Assembly (NCBI GenBank): GCA_045595285.1
Contig: JAZOAC010000071.1
Span: forward strand, 12,285-76,284
Length of the DNA: 64,000 nt
Direction: 5' to 3'
From: Kiritimatiellia bacterium
Lineage (GTDB): Bacteria; Verrucomicrobiota; Kiritimatiellia; RFP12; UBA1067
The position numbers and the translations under genes were made by a program. The notes beneath the pieces are model-generated. The model was given only the letters and a program-made list of their open reading frames with translations. It had not been told where the DNA came from and did no database searches. Below are positions 10,245 to 18,535 of the stretch, piece after piece. Within the stretch, counting starts at the first letter, position 1, and each line of letters opens with the position of its first letter.

Positions 10245-11093
10245 ATGAATAAACTTATCCTGTTTTCTGCTGTTTCCGTTGCCGTGACATCGCTCTGGGG
10301 CGTGTCGATTCCGCAGTCGCCGGTCGTGACCTACGGCCTGGTGCGGGATGAATACGGCGTGCCGCTCAAATCGGCTTCCGAAGCGGAGGTGCGCCTTGTG
10401 CGCGCCGCCGTGCCGGGCGGTACGGTCTATTCGCGCAGTGCCGTCACGGACCAGATGCTGCCGGGCGTCAATTACCGGTTGTCGCTTGAGATCGACAGCG
10501 AAGGGCCCGCGCGGCCATACGCCGTCCTCAGCGGCACGGAGATGAAGATTCTCTGCACGGTGGGCGGCGAGGAGGCGGCGCTCGCGCCGGCTTCCGTTTT
10601 CGCGACGCCGAAGGCGGGTACGGCGCAGCGCAGGGATTACACCATCGGCAGCGACGCCGATGGTGACGGGTTGCCGGACGCGTGGGAGGAATGGGTGCTC
10701 CGCTGTGCCGGAAAGGCGTACGACGCGGCGGCAATCGCCGCATTTGACCCAAAGGCGGATGCGGACGGCGACGGCATGAACAACCGGGCGGAATTTCTCG
10801 CGGGAACGGATCCTTTCCTTGAAACGGAAATGTTTGCGATTACCGCATTTGAACCCGTTGCCGGCACTGACCGGGTGAAGATCCGCTTCACGACGCGTTC
10901 AAGCCGCAAATACCACATCGTATTCAGCGAAACGCTCGGAGAGGATGCCGTCTGGGCGCCGGTTCCGACGTCGAAGAGCGTGAATGCGGCGGGGGATTAC
11001 GAGAAATACGACGGCACCGGGCGTGTGCTGACAATCTATGCGCCGCGCAGTGTCGAGGGGGTGTCGGGCTTCTTCCGTGTGGTCTGCAACTGA
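10245..11093 (+). CDS. secreted protein with thrombospondin type-3-like calcium-binding repeats
   Basis: GGAGG lies 7-8 nt upstream of ATG 10245 (track start 10230 overlaps the giant's stop). Signal-like LILFSAVSVAVTSLWG. Two DxDxDG repeats are present (DADGDGLPDAWEEW and DADGDGMNNRAEFLAGTDPF). The C-terminus ends GFFRVVCN. Confidence 0.75.
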   Translation: MNKLILFSAVSVAVTSLWGVSIPQSPVVTYGLVRDEYGVPLKSASEAEVRLVRAAVPGGTVYSRSAVTDQMLPGVNYRLSLEIDSEGPARPYAVLSGTEMKILCTVGGEEAALAPASVFATPKAGTAQRRDYTIGSDADGDGLPDAWEEWVLRCAGKAYDAAAIAAFDPKADADGDGMNNRAEFLAGTDPFLETEMFAITAFEPVAGTDRVKIRFTTRSSRKYHIVFSETLGEDAVWAPVPTSKSVNAAGDYEKYDGTGRVLTIYAPRSVEGVSGFFRVVCN

Positions 11094-11518
11094 TGAAGAG
11101 GGCCTTGTTCGTCGCATGTCTTTTATCCGCCGCGGTCGCGGCGGCGGATATGTGGACGAATCGCGCGGGGCGCGTCTTTTCGGCGCGTCTTGTCGCGGTT
11201 GACGATGCGGGCGCGACCTTCGTTTTTCCGGAGGATGGCGCGACAAACACCCTGCCGCTCGCGAAACTTTCGAAAGACTCTCGGCGGCGGGCGTGCGATC
11301 TTTTCGATTTCGCTCCGGTGCCGCCGCGTCTGGCGGCGACTTTCAACCGTGCGGTTTCGGATCTCAAAAGGATCAGGGATCTGCAGGAAGACGGCGTATT
11401 GACTGCGGAAAGGGCGATACGGCGTCGGGATGCCGTCATCAAGGTTTTTTCGGACATCTGCCGCGAAAGAGGGATTGAATCCGGGACGGTTGAAAGGCTC
11501 GTCCGGCGTCTGGATTAG
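11093..11518 (+). CDS. small secreted protein with SHD1-like (SLA1 homology 1) domain
   Basis: The ATG overlaps the upstream stop (TGATG). Signal-like ALFVACLLSAAVAAA. MWTNRAGRVFSARLVAVDDAGATFVFPEDGATNTLPLAKLSKDS fits the remembered SHD1 pattern W(T/S)..G....A.lv....V.l....G....vPl..LS..D. Confidence 0.6.
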   Translation: MKRALFVACLLSAAVAAADMWTNRAGRVFSARLVAVDDAGATFVFPEDGATNTLPLAKLSKDSRRRACDLFDFAPVPPRLAATFNRAVSDLKRIRDLQEDGVLTAERAIRRRDAVIKVFSDICRERGIESGTVERLVRRLD

Positions 11519-11600
11519 CGATTAGCGGTATCAGGTACTATAATCTTGATGTTCCTTCGCGACATTGTAGAACTTTCCTGTACTTTATTGGGGGAGAGTT

Positions 11601-11609
11601 TGGTATAAT
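11601..11609 (+). promoter_or_regulatory. extended -10 promoter element TGGTATAAT (head of the T3SS operon)
   Basis: TGGTATAAT lies 10 nt upstream of ATG 11620 with no SD between. It is a member of the recurring motif. A second TATAAT sits at 11539-11544. Confidence 0.55.
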
Positions 11610-11619
11610 TCGCGCTTGG

Positions 11620-12018
11620 ATGAATGCATTAGGCAGATTGGCGTCGGCTGTCGGCTATCCGCAGACTGTTCCTGCGGATGCGCTTGAGTTTACATTCAAG
11701 GTGGATGACGGAGAGGTGCGCGCCATTGACCTTGAAAAGCGTCTTGTGCTGACGCGCGAAATCTCCCGCGACGAGGATGATCTTCCGAGGCTGGCTTCAT
11801 ATTCCGCAGGGCGAATGCTCCGTGAGGCCGCTACTCTCTACTGGGATGAACGCATAGGCGCGGCGATCCTTGCGCAGGAGATTCCGGCATCGGCGACCGC
11901 CCATGAGCTGAAAGTCTTTTTCGAGACGTTTGCCGACTCTTGCGACTGGTGGTTGGCGCGTACGGCGGCGGAACCGGTAGAGTCTTCATCGTTTCCGGAG
12001 ATGGTAATCCGTCCCTGA
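11620..12018 (+). CDS. T3SS class I (CesT/SycE-fold) chaperone, in the YscB position upstream of the secretin
   Basis: 132 aa and acidic. EFTFKVDDGEVRAIDLEKRLVL ... FFETFADSCDWW matches the CesT-family layout. Sits immediately upstream of sctC, as yscB does in Yersinia. Confidence 0.55.
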   Translation: MNALGRLASAVGYPQTVPADALEFTFKVDDGEVRAIDLEKRLVLTREISRDEDDLPRLASYSAGRMLREAATLYWDERIGAAILAQEIPASATAHELKVFFETFADSCDWWLARTAAEPVESSSFPEMVIRP

Positions 12019-12036
12019 CTATTGCGAAAGGAAGAG

Positions 12037-13923
12037 ATGACTATCCTACCGACAATCAAACGGACTTTCACGCTGGCTGCAATTCTGCTGATTTTCGCGT
12101 CGTCTGCATCTGCGGCGGACAAATCCGCCGTGAAGAGGCTCCCCTGGAAGAGTCCGGAGTACACTCTCATCGCAAGGCAGATGCCGATCCGCTCGGCGTT
12201 GGAGAGTTTCAGCGTCGCGCAGGGAATCCCGATCCTGCTTTCCGATCGCGTGACGGGCGTTCTGTCGGGGGACTTCAAGGGTGTCAGGCCGGATGATTTC
12301 CTCGATCGCATTTCGGCCGTGCACAATCTCACATGGTACTACGACGGCACGGCGCTCTACATCTACACAGTCGGCGAGATGGGGTCCACACTCATAGACC
12401 TCCGCTACATGAAGGCAAGCGAAGTCCTGGCGATGATGGTGGAGTTGGGCGTCGAGGATTCGCGCTTCCCGCTCAAGACCGCGTCAAACGGCGAACTCAT
12501 CATGGTGTCGGGTCCGCCGCGGTACGTGATGCTCGTGTCGGAAATGATCGCCCGTGCGGACAAGCTGCGCGAGCAGCGTACGTTCACTTCGGTCGAGACG
12601 CGCATATTCCCTCTAAAGCATACCTGGGCGGACAATGTGAGTTTCAGCGTGACGAGCCCGGAGTCCACGGTAACGATCCGCGGCATCGCCCAGCTGCTGG
12701 AGGAGATCATGAACGCAGGGGCCGGTGCGGCGCCCGTGCGCGAAGGCGCCGTCACGAACGAGACGGACCGTCTCAGCGCCAACACGGATTCCGCATTCCG
12801 TCCCGTGATCCGCCCTGAGAACCGTCTCAACGCCGTCGTCGTCCGCGACACTGTCACGCGCTTCCCGATGTACGAGAATCTTATAGAGCAGCTCGACAGG
12901 CCGCAGAAGCTTGTGGAGATCGGCGTCACGGTTCTGGAGCTGTCGCAGGAGGATGCGCTTGACTGGCAGATGTCGCTCAAGGTGTCCGGCGCCAAGGACG
13001 ATGTCGAGGGCGCGGCGGGGCAGAACGCCGCCAATCTCTTCAATTCCGCTTCGCTCGGCGGCAAGGGGCTTGCCGGCGCCCTCACGTATCTTGGCGACGA
13101 CGTGTCGGTGTCGGCGTCGCTTACGGCGCTGAGGGAGAAGGGCAAGGCCCGTTCGATATCGCGCACTTCGATTCTCACGCTCAACAACATGTCTGCCGAG
13201 ATGACCGATACGCAGAGCTACCATGCGCGAGTCGTCGGCACCGAGGTCGCTTCGCTGGAGGAGGTGTCCGCCGGGACGAAGCTTCAGGTGAAGCCGCGCA
13301 TAGTTCCGTCCGCCTCGACGAACTCGCCCGACCGCGTGTGGCTTTCGATGGAGCTTCAGGACGGCGGATTCGAGTCGATATCCGTCGACGCCATGCCGAT
13401 GACGCGCACATCGTCGCTTGAGACGCAGGCCGCCGTGCTCGAGGGCCATTCCATCATGCTCGCCGGCTATCTCAGGGACATCAAGGAGTCCGGCGGATGG
13501 GGCATTCCGTATCTGCGCGACATCCCTTGGATCGGATGGCTGTTCGGAGGTTCAAGCGTCCGCAATGAGACCGTTCAGCGCATGTTCATCCTTACGCCGT
13601 ATGTCATCGACGTGACGACGAACGATGTCGTGGCGGTGCAGGCTGACCGCCACCGTGACATTGAGCGCGAGGAGGTCCTTGACGAGGCGTTCGACAAGGA
13701 CGGAATCGAGCGCAGGGAGCGTGAGGCGCAGATGGACTTCCGACGCGAGATGCGCCAGGAACGGGCGGAGGAACGCCACGACAGGAATGAGGCGATGCGC
13801 GGTCTCGAACGCGAAAAGCGTCGTGGCGAAATGGAGAGAGACCGCAGGGACTGGGAGAAGTGGTTCGACGAAGAGAAGCGTCGCCACGAGAATGTGAGGG
13901 ACAAAGAGGACGATGCCGACTGA
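12037..13923 (+). CDS. sctC: type III secretion outer-membrane secretin SctC (YscC/InvG family) with an unusual charged C-terminal tail
   Basis: AAAGGAAGAG lies upstream of ATG 12037. Signal peptide LAAILLIFASSASA. YTLIARQMPIRSALESFSVAQGIPILLSDRVTGVLSGDFKGVRPDDFLDRISAVHNLTWYYDGTALYIY and VSGPPRYVMLVSEMI align closely with the remembered YscC N-terminus. The secretin core includes GWGIPYLRDIPWIGWLFG. Confidence 0.9.
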   Translation: MTILPTIKRTFTLAAILLIFASSASAADKSAVKRLPWKSPEYTLIARQMPIRSALESFSVAQGIPILLSDRVTGVLSGDFKGVRPDDFLDRISAVHNLTWYYDGTALYIYTVGEMGSTLIDLRYMKASEVLAMMVELGVEDSRFPLKTASNGELIMVSGPPRYVMLVSEMIARADKLREQRTFTSVETRIFPLKHTWADNVSFSVTSPESTVTIRGIAQLLEEIMNAGAGAAPVREGAVTNETDRLSANTDSAFRPVIRPENRLNAVVVRDTVTRFPMYENLIEQLDRPQKLVEIGVTVLELSQEDALDWQMSLKVSGAKDDVEGAAGQNAANLFNSASLGGKGLAGALTYLGDDVSVSASLTALREKGKARSISRTSILTLNNMSAEMTDTQSYHARVVGTEVASLEEVSAGTKLQVKPRIVPSASTNSPDRVWLSMELQDGGFESISVDAMPMTRTSSLETQAAVLEGHSIMLAGYLRDIKESGGWGIPYLRDIPWIGWLFGGSSVRNETVQRMFILTPYVIDVTTNDVVAVQADRHRDIEREEVLDEAFDKDGIERREREAQMDFRREMRQERAEERHDRNEAMRGLEREKRRGEMERDRRDWEKWFDEEKRRHENVRDKEDDAD

Positions 13924-14497
13924 GGCGACCATAGAGAGCGGATTCGCGCATGTGACCGGCGGAACGTGGCTTCTCGGCGTATCCCAGCCGGCGGCGTACC
14001 GCGGCGCCTTGCGCGACCGCCGCATGGGCGGATGGATTGTTCCGGACCGCGGCCGTCTGCGCAGCGTGGAGCTTTCCGGAACGGCGTCGTGCTCCGACGC
14101 CAAACGCCCGTTCCTTGCCCGCATCGACTGCGCCGACACGCTTTCCGTCGTCTCCGAGAGGATTCTTGTGGCGCCGGCGGCGTCGCGCACCGGATCACAG
14201 CTCGTGCGTGTGGTGCCGATGAGCTTCAGGCATGCGCTTGCCGTCACGGAGTTCAGGAATCCGGGCTGGGCCGTCACCGCCACGGCATCGCGCGTGAACA
14301 GGTTTGTGCTGGAGGAGGGCGAGGTGCTGAGCGTGCGGCTCGAGTCGGTAGTGGCGTGGACGACCAGGCGTCCGACAGGTCACTGCCCCAGACTTGCGAT
14401 GCGCGACATCCTGATTCCGCGCCGCCGCGCAAAATCGCTTTGGCTGAATTTCTACGGTCCCGGAGTCGTCTGGGCGGAGGGGGCTCATGGCATTTGA
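13913..14497 (+). CDS. hypothetical protein inserted between sctC and sctW (possibly AIM24/DUF124-like)
   Basis: Overlaps the sctC stop by 11 nt and the sctW start by 11 nt. Composition is balanced, unlike the co-located Arg/Pro-rich ORF 13966..14514. The tail LWLNFYGPGVVWAEG is weakly reminiscent of the AIM24 family. Confidence 0.45.
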   Translation: MPTEATIESGFAHVTGGTWLLGVSQPAAYRGALRDRRMGGWIVPDRGRLRSVELSGTASCSDAKRPFLARIDCADTLSVVSERILVAPAASRTGSQLVRVVPMSFRHALAVTEFRNPGWAVTATASRVNRFVLEEGEVLSVRLESVVAWTTRRPTGHCPRLAMRDILIPRRRAKSLWLNFYGPGVVWAEGAHGI

Positions 14498-15662
14498 CGC
14501 CGCACAGCTCCTGAGGCACGCGATTGCGCCGGACCGGTTCGACCAGCTCCGTTCCGCGGAGGCGCCTGCCGCCGCACAGACTCCCGTCGAGGTCGGCCGC
14601 GCGATGGGCATGGCGGTCGTCGTTGAGCAGAATCCTGCCGCCGAACTCCAGGACGCGATGGAAGAGCTTTCCATGCACTTCGAGGAGAAGGCCGCGAAGA
14701 AGCTTGGCGAACGGAAGCTCGGCGAGACGCGTTCGCGAGCGTCGGCGTATCTTGAAGCGGTGGAGGCATGGGAGAAGACGCTTCCGGACATGCCCGACAG
14801 GGAGTTCATGGACAGGGCTCTCCGCAACCTGCGCCAGGCGATGCAGAACGGTGGCGATCTGCCCGATGCCGGACGCCTTCTTCAGGAGCTTGCGAAGGGG
14901 TCGGAGGATCCTTCGCACCAGTTTGCGATGCTCGACATCCTTGAGGCGGCGCTTGGCGAGGGGGACGAGGCACTGCGCGATCTTGTCGGTGCGGCGCGCG
15001 AACAGCTGGTCAAGGAGAAGGGGGCGGAGGTCTCCGCCGGAATCAATCTTGCCCGCGAGGTCAATGCCCGCGCGACCACTCCGGAGGAGATGCAGTCGCT
15101 TCGCGATCTCTATCGCGGCGAGGTAATCGGCTTCACGACGCCGCAGGACTGCTACCGTTCGCTCGTCGCGTCCCGCGGAATCGCCGGACTTTCCGCCGCA
15201 ATTGAATTCCTGCTTGCAGGCTGCGGCGCGGACCTGCAGAGTCCGTCGCCTTCGCAGATGCCGGAGGAGCTTCGCCGGATCATGCTCGATCTCCAGTGCG
15301 TGCAGGTGCTGCGCACGGTGTTCGACAGTCTTGCCGCATTGGTGTCGCGCATGTCGGCGCAGTTCGGCGAGACGTGCCGCTTCGGCGGAGAGGCCATGAC
15401 AGGCAAGGTGCTGGATTTCACGGAACGTCCGTTCGTCTCGGCGCGCGACATCGCGGGATTCGTGGCGGAAAGCGGAATCGTGAAGCTGTTGGCGCAGATG
15501 GATTTCTGCCGGGAGATGATGGGTGTGTTCCGTCAGCTTTCGTCGCGGCTGTTTTCGTCCGAGGAGGACCGTGCGCGCCTTGTCGACGCCACGCAGGAGC
15601 ATCTGGACGGGCTCGTATCCCTCGAGGACGAGACCGGACAGGAAGAGGGAGGTGCTTCGTGA
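14487..15662 (+). CDS. sctW: T3SS gatekeeper SctW (YopN/TyeA-, InvE-, MxiC-, SepL-, CopN-like; fused TyeA-like C-terminus)
   Basis: 391 aa. HrpJ-like helical repeats are present (AELQDAMEELSMHFEEK, DPSHQFAMLDILEAAL, EAIEFLLAGCGADLQS, LRRIMLDLQCVQVL). The C-terminal part FCREMMGVFRQLSSRLFSSEEDRARLVDATQEHLD is TyeA-like. Located directly upstream of a chaperone and sctV. Confidence 0.8.
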   Translation: MAFDAAQLLRHAIAPDRFDQLRSAEAPAAAQTPVEVGRAMGMAVVVEQNPAAELQDAMEELSMHFEEKAAKKLGERKLGETRSRASAYLEAVEAWEKTLPDMPDREFMDRALRNLRQAMQNGGDLPDAGRLLQELAKGSEDPSHQFAMLDILEAALGEGDEALRDLVGAAREQLVKEKGAEVSAGINLAREVNARATTPEEMQSLRDLYRGEVIGFTTPQDCYRSLVASRGIAGLSAAIEFLLAGCGADLQSPSPSQMPEELRRIMLDLQCVQVLRTVFDSLAALVSRMSAQFGETCRFGGEAMTGKVLDFTERPFVSARDIAGFVAESGIVKLLAQMDFCREMMGVFRQLSSRLFSSEEDRARLVDATQEHLDGLVSLEDETGQEEGGAS

Positions 15663-15664
15663 CG

Positions 15665-16051
15665 ATGGTGCCTGCATGGCTCAATGACATTGTGCGTGAA
15701 TTTGCCGCCGGTCTTGGGCTGAAGGACTTCGCGCTCAGCTCTGAAGGCGCTGCGGCGCTTCGCTTTGAGAGCGGAGTGGCGTTCCGCCTTGAATATGCGA
15801 TGGATCGTCTCACGTTGTCCATGTCTGCGGAATCGCCTGCGGATGTCGCGGCGGCGAAACTCCTGCTTGCGTCTGCGGATCCGCTGCGGCGCGGGAGGTT
15901 TGTGCTCAGGACGGGAATCATCGGAAAGCCGCCGCGCGCAGTCTTTGCGGTGCGCCTGGAGTCTGCGGAGGTTACGCTCGGCAATCTGGATTCGGCGATG
16001 TCCGAACTTTGGCGCGCGATGGAGAACTTCAGAAGGAGGCTCGGCGCATGA
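15665..16051 (+). CDS. T3SS class I chaperone (SycN position, downstream of the gatekeeper)
   Basis: 128 aa from ATG 15665. The alternative GTG 15659 overlaps the sctW stop. WLNDIVREFAAGLGLKDFALSSEGAAALRFESGVAFRLEY..RLTLS follows the CesT/SycN-like layout. The stop overlaps the next start (ATGA). Confidence 0.55.
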   Translation: MVPAWLNDIVREFAAGLGLKDFALSSEGAAALRFESGVAFRLEYAMDRLTLSMSAESPADVAAAKLLLASADPLRRGRFVLRTGIIGKPPRAVFAVRLESAEVTLGNLDSAMSELWRAMENFRRRLGA

Positions 16052-16428
16052 AGACGGCGCATACGGCAGAGACGATCCGTTTCGACACCGGCATTTCGGT
16101 GGCGGAGTTCGCGTCCGGCGACGGCGGCGCTCCGGGCGGCGAACGGCAGAAGCAGCTTCTGCCGGGCTCCACCACGGTGAGCGAGGCCCTGTCGAACATC
16201 TTTCCGGAGGGGGAAAGCGTCGTCGGTGAGATCATGAGCGCGCTGGTCGCGGGGAACAGCGCGTATCTCAGGACGCCTGCCGGGTTCAGCCAGACCGCGC
16301 GTTCGGCGCTCAGGACCCTGCGTTCGAAGAAAGGCGCGGCCGCCGCGCGCGCGGTGCGTGAGCTCGAGAGCCTGCTTGCGGACACCGAAGTGTTCGAGCA
16401 CTACCGCGCGGCGCTGCTGGAAACCTGA
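16048..16428 (+). CDS. hypothetical T3SS-associated protein (occupies the YscX position upstream of sctV)
   Basis: AGGAGG lies upstream of ATG 16048. 126 aa. No family recognised. The assignment is positional only. Confidence 0.45.
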   Translation: MKTAHTAETIRFDTGISVAEFASGDGGAPGGERQKQLLPGSTTVSEALSNIFPEGESVVGEIMSALVAGNSAYLRTPAGFSQTARSALRTLRSKKGAAAARAVRELESLLADTEVFEHYRAALLET

Positions 16429-16444
16429 GGGAGCTGGACGGAAC

Positions 16445-18535
16445 ATGCTCGGGAAACTCATAAGAGTCACAAACGCATTCAGCCGCTTCGGCGACCTGGT
16501 GCTTGCGTTCCTTGTGGTTTTCATCATAGGTCTGCTGATCGTGCCGCTGCCGACGCCTGTGATGGACTTCCTCATCTCCGTGAACCTGATGATCTCCACG
16601 GTGATGCTGATGCTCTCGCTCTATCTGCCGAGGGCGCTTGCGTTCTCGACCTTCCCGTCGATGCTGCTCTTCACCACGCTGTTCCGCCTTGCGCTGAACG
16701 TGTCGACTACGCGACTCATCCTGCTGCATGCCGATGCCGGACAGATCATCTACACGTTCGGCAACTTCGTCGTCGGCGGCAACTTCGTCGTTGGCGCCGT
16801 GATCTTCCTCATCATCACGATCGTGCAGTTCGTGGTGATCGCCAAGGGCGCAGAGCGCGTCTCCGAGGTCGGCGCGCGCTTCACGCTCGACGCCATGCCC
16901 GGCAAGCAGATGTCCATCGACGCCGACATGCGCGCCGGTGCGATCGACCAGGAGACGGCCAAGTTCCGCCGCAACGAGCTCGCCAAGGAATCGCAGCTCT
17001 ACGGCGCGATGGACGGCGCGATGAAGTTCGTCAAGGGCGACGCCATCGCAGGGCTCATCATGACCGCCATCAACATTGTGGGCGGCATCTGCATCGGCGC
17101 GTTCATGAAAGACTGGGAGATCGGCAAGGCGGTCCAGACGTATTCGATCCTCACGATCGGCGACGGTCTTGTGTCCCAGATTCCGGCGCTTCTCGTGTCC
17201 ATAACGGCCGGCGTGATTGTGACGCGCGTCGGAGACGAGGCGAACAAGCCGCTCGGACAGGATATCGTGGACCAGTTCTTCGCCCAGCCGAAGGCGATCC
17301 TTCTCGGCGGCGTCATGCTTGTGGGGATCGGCTTGATCCCCGGCTTCCCGAAGGTCGTGATATTCCCGCTGGCCCTTGTTGTCGGCGGACTCGGCTATGC
17401 GCTGGTGTATTCCGCCCGCAAGGCTGCCGAACACGCCGCCAAGGCCGCGGATCCGCTTGCCGCCGCCGCTCCGTCGGAAGGCACGAAGCCAAGGCCTAAG
17501 AAGAAGTCGGGCGACGATTTCGCGATGGTCACGCCGCTGACGGTGGATATAGACGCAGACATCCGCACGGCTCTCACGTACGACGAGCTGAACGAGCAGA
17601 TCATGTCCATCCGCCGCGCCCTCTACCATGATCTCGGCGTTCCGTTCCCTGGAATCAACCTGTCCCTCAATCCCGCGATGAAGGACGGCAAGTACCGTCT
17701 GCTCGTGAACGAGGTCCCGGTTTCGGAGGGCGTGCTGAAGAAGGGATTCGTCTTTGCGCTCGAATCTGCGGACAATCTGTCCGCCACCGGCGTCTCGTTC
17801 GAGAAGGGCAAGGCGTTCCTTGCCGGATACGAGACGAACTGGGTGAGGCAGGAGGACAGGAACGCGCTTGAGGAGGGCGGCATCCGTTCGCTCGACCTGA
17901 ACGGCGTTCTCACCTACCATCTATCGGGCGTTCTCCGCCGCTATGCGCACGAGTTCCTTTCCCTGCAGGAGACGCGGCTGCTCTTCGACCACATGGAGCG
18001 CGAAGCTCCTGAACTCGTGCGCGAGGTGCAGCGCGTGCTCCCCCTCCAGAAGATCACGGACGTGCTCCAGCGTCTCGTGCAGGAGGGGATCTGCATCCGC
18101 GATCTCAAGCGCATCACGCAGACGCTCATCGAATGGGGGCAGAAGGAAAAGGACGCCGTCCTGCTCGTGGAGTATGTCCGAAGCGCTCTGTGCCGCTACA
18201 TCTCCTACAAGTTCTCCGGCGGGCAGAACATCATCGCCGCCTATCTGCTCGATCCTGCGCTTGAGGAGAAGATACGCAAATCGGTCCGCCAGACTTCCGG
18301 CGGAAGCTATCTCGCCATGGATCCGACGACGGTGCGCTCCATCCTCGCCGTCGTCAAGAAGACGATCGGAGACCTTTCGAAGATTCCGCAGAAGCCGGTC
18401 ATAATCGTCTCTGTCGATATCCGCCGCTACTTCCGCAAGATGATAGAGAAGGACTATTACGAACTGCCGGTCCTCTCGTTCCAGGAGCTTTCGCAGGAAA
18501 TCAACATCCAGCCGTTGGGGAGGCTTAAGCTGTGA
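16445..18535 (+). CDS. sctV: T3SS export-gate protein SctV (YscV/LcrD/InvA/CdsV; FHIPEP family)
   Basis: Canonical FHIPEP blocks are present: FGNFVVGGNFVVGAVIFLIITIVQFVVIAKGAERVSEVGARFTLDAMPGKQMSIDAD, YGAMDGAMKFVKGDAIAG, LTIGDGLVSQIPALLVSITAGVIVTRV. Has a cytoplasmic C-terminal domain. Start taken at ATG 16445 (MLGKLIRV), not track start 16358. Confidence 0.95.
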   Translation: MLGKLIRVTNAFSRFGDLVLAFLVVFIIGLLIVPLPTPVMDFLISVNLMISTVMLMLSLYLPRALAFSTFPSMLLFTTLFRLALNVSTTRLILLHADAGQIIYTFGNFVVGGNFVVGAVIFLIITIVQFVVIAKGAERVSEVGARFTLDAMPGKQMSIDADMRAGAIDQETAKFRRNELAKESQLYGAMDGAMKFVKGDAIAGLIMTAINIVGGICIGAFMKDWEIGKAVQTYSILTIGDGLVSQIPALLVSITAGVIVTRVGDEANKPLGQDIVDQFFAQPKAILLGGVMLVGIGLIPGFPKVVIFPLALVVGGLGYALVYSARKAAEHAAKAADPLAAAAPSEGTKPRPKKKSGDDFAMVTPLTVDIDADIRTALTYDELNEQIMSIRRALYHDLGVPFPGINLSLNPAMKDGKYRLLVNEVPVSEGVLKKGFVFALESADNLSATGVSFEKGKAFLAGYETNWVRQEDRNALEEGGIRSLDLNGVLTYHLSGVLRRYAHEFLSLQETRLLFDHMEREAPELVREVQRVLPLQKITDVLQRLVQEGICIRDLKRITQTLIEWGQKEKDAVLLVEYVRSALCRYISYKFSGGQNIIAAYLLDPALEEKIRKSVRQTSGGSYLAMDPTTVRSILAVVKKTIGDLSKIPQKPVIIVSVDIRRYFRKMIEKDYYELPVLSFQELSQEINIQPLGRLKL

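Noticed and set aside
13966-14514. Alternative + strand ORF (182 aa) overlapping the 13913..14497 ORF
   Set aside because: Its translation is Arg/Pro/Gly-rich (MASRRIPAGGVPRRLARPPHGR...), typical of an off-frame reading. The 13913 frame has balanced composition and is coupled to both neighbours.
15296-15664. Long N-terminal extension of the SycN-position chaperone (track ORF 15296..16051)
   Set aside because: The extension overlaps about 370 nt of sctW in another frame and is Arg/Gly-rich. The chaperone-like sequence begins at ATG 15665 (or GTG 15659), right at the sctW stop.
16757-16798. Apparent 18-bp tandem duplication GGCAACTTCGTCGTCGGC / GGCAACTTCGTCGTTGGC in sctV
   Set aside because: It encodes FGNFVVGGNFVVGA. 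This is the conserved FHIPEP motif (FG.FVVGGN..VG), not a recent duplication.
14274-17920. Long - strand ORFs 14274..15677 (467 aa), 15418..16599 (393 aa) and 16310..17920 (536 aa), opposite the T3SS genes
   Set aside because: These are shadow ORFs opposite confidently recognised sctW, the chaperones and sctV. Their translations are Arg-rich with no recognisable motifs.
16445-18535. Possibility that the FHIPEP gene is flagellar FlhA
   Set aside because: The neighbours are a secretin, a YopN-type gatekeeper, needle (..SIASNFR), YscE/G-like and YscI-like genes. No flagellar genes are in the window.
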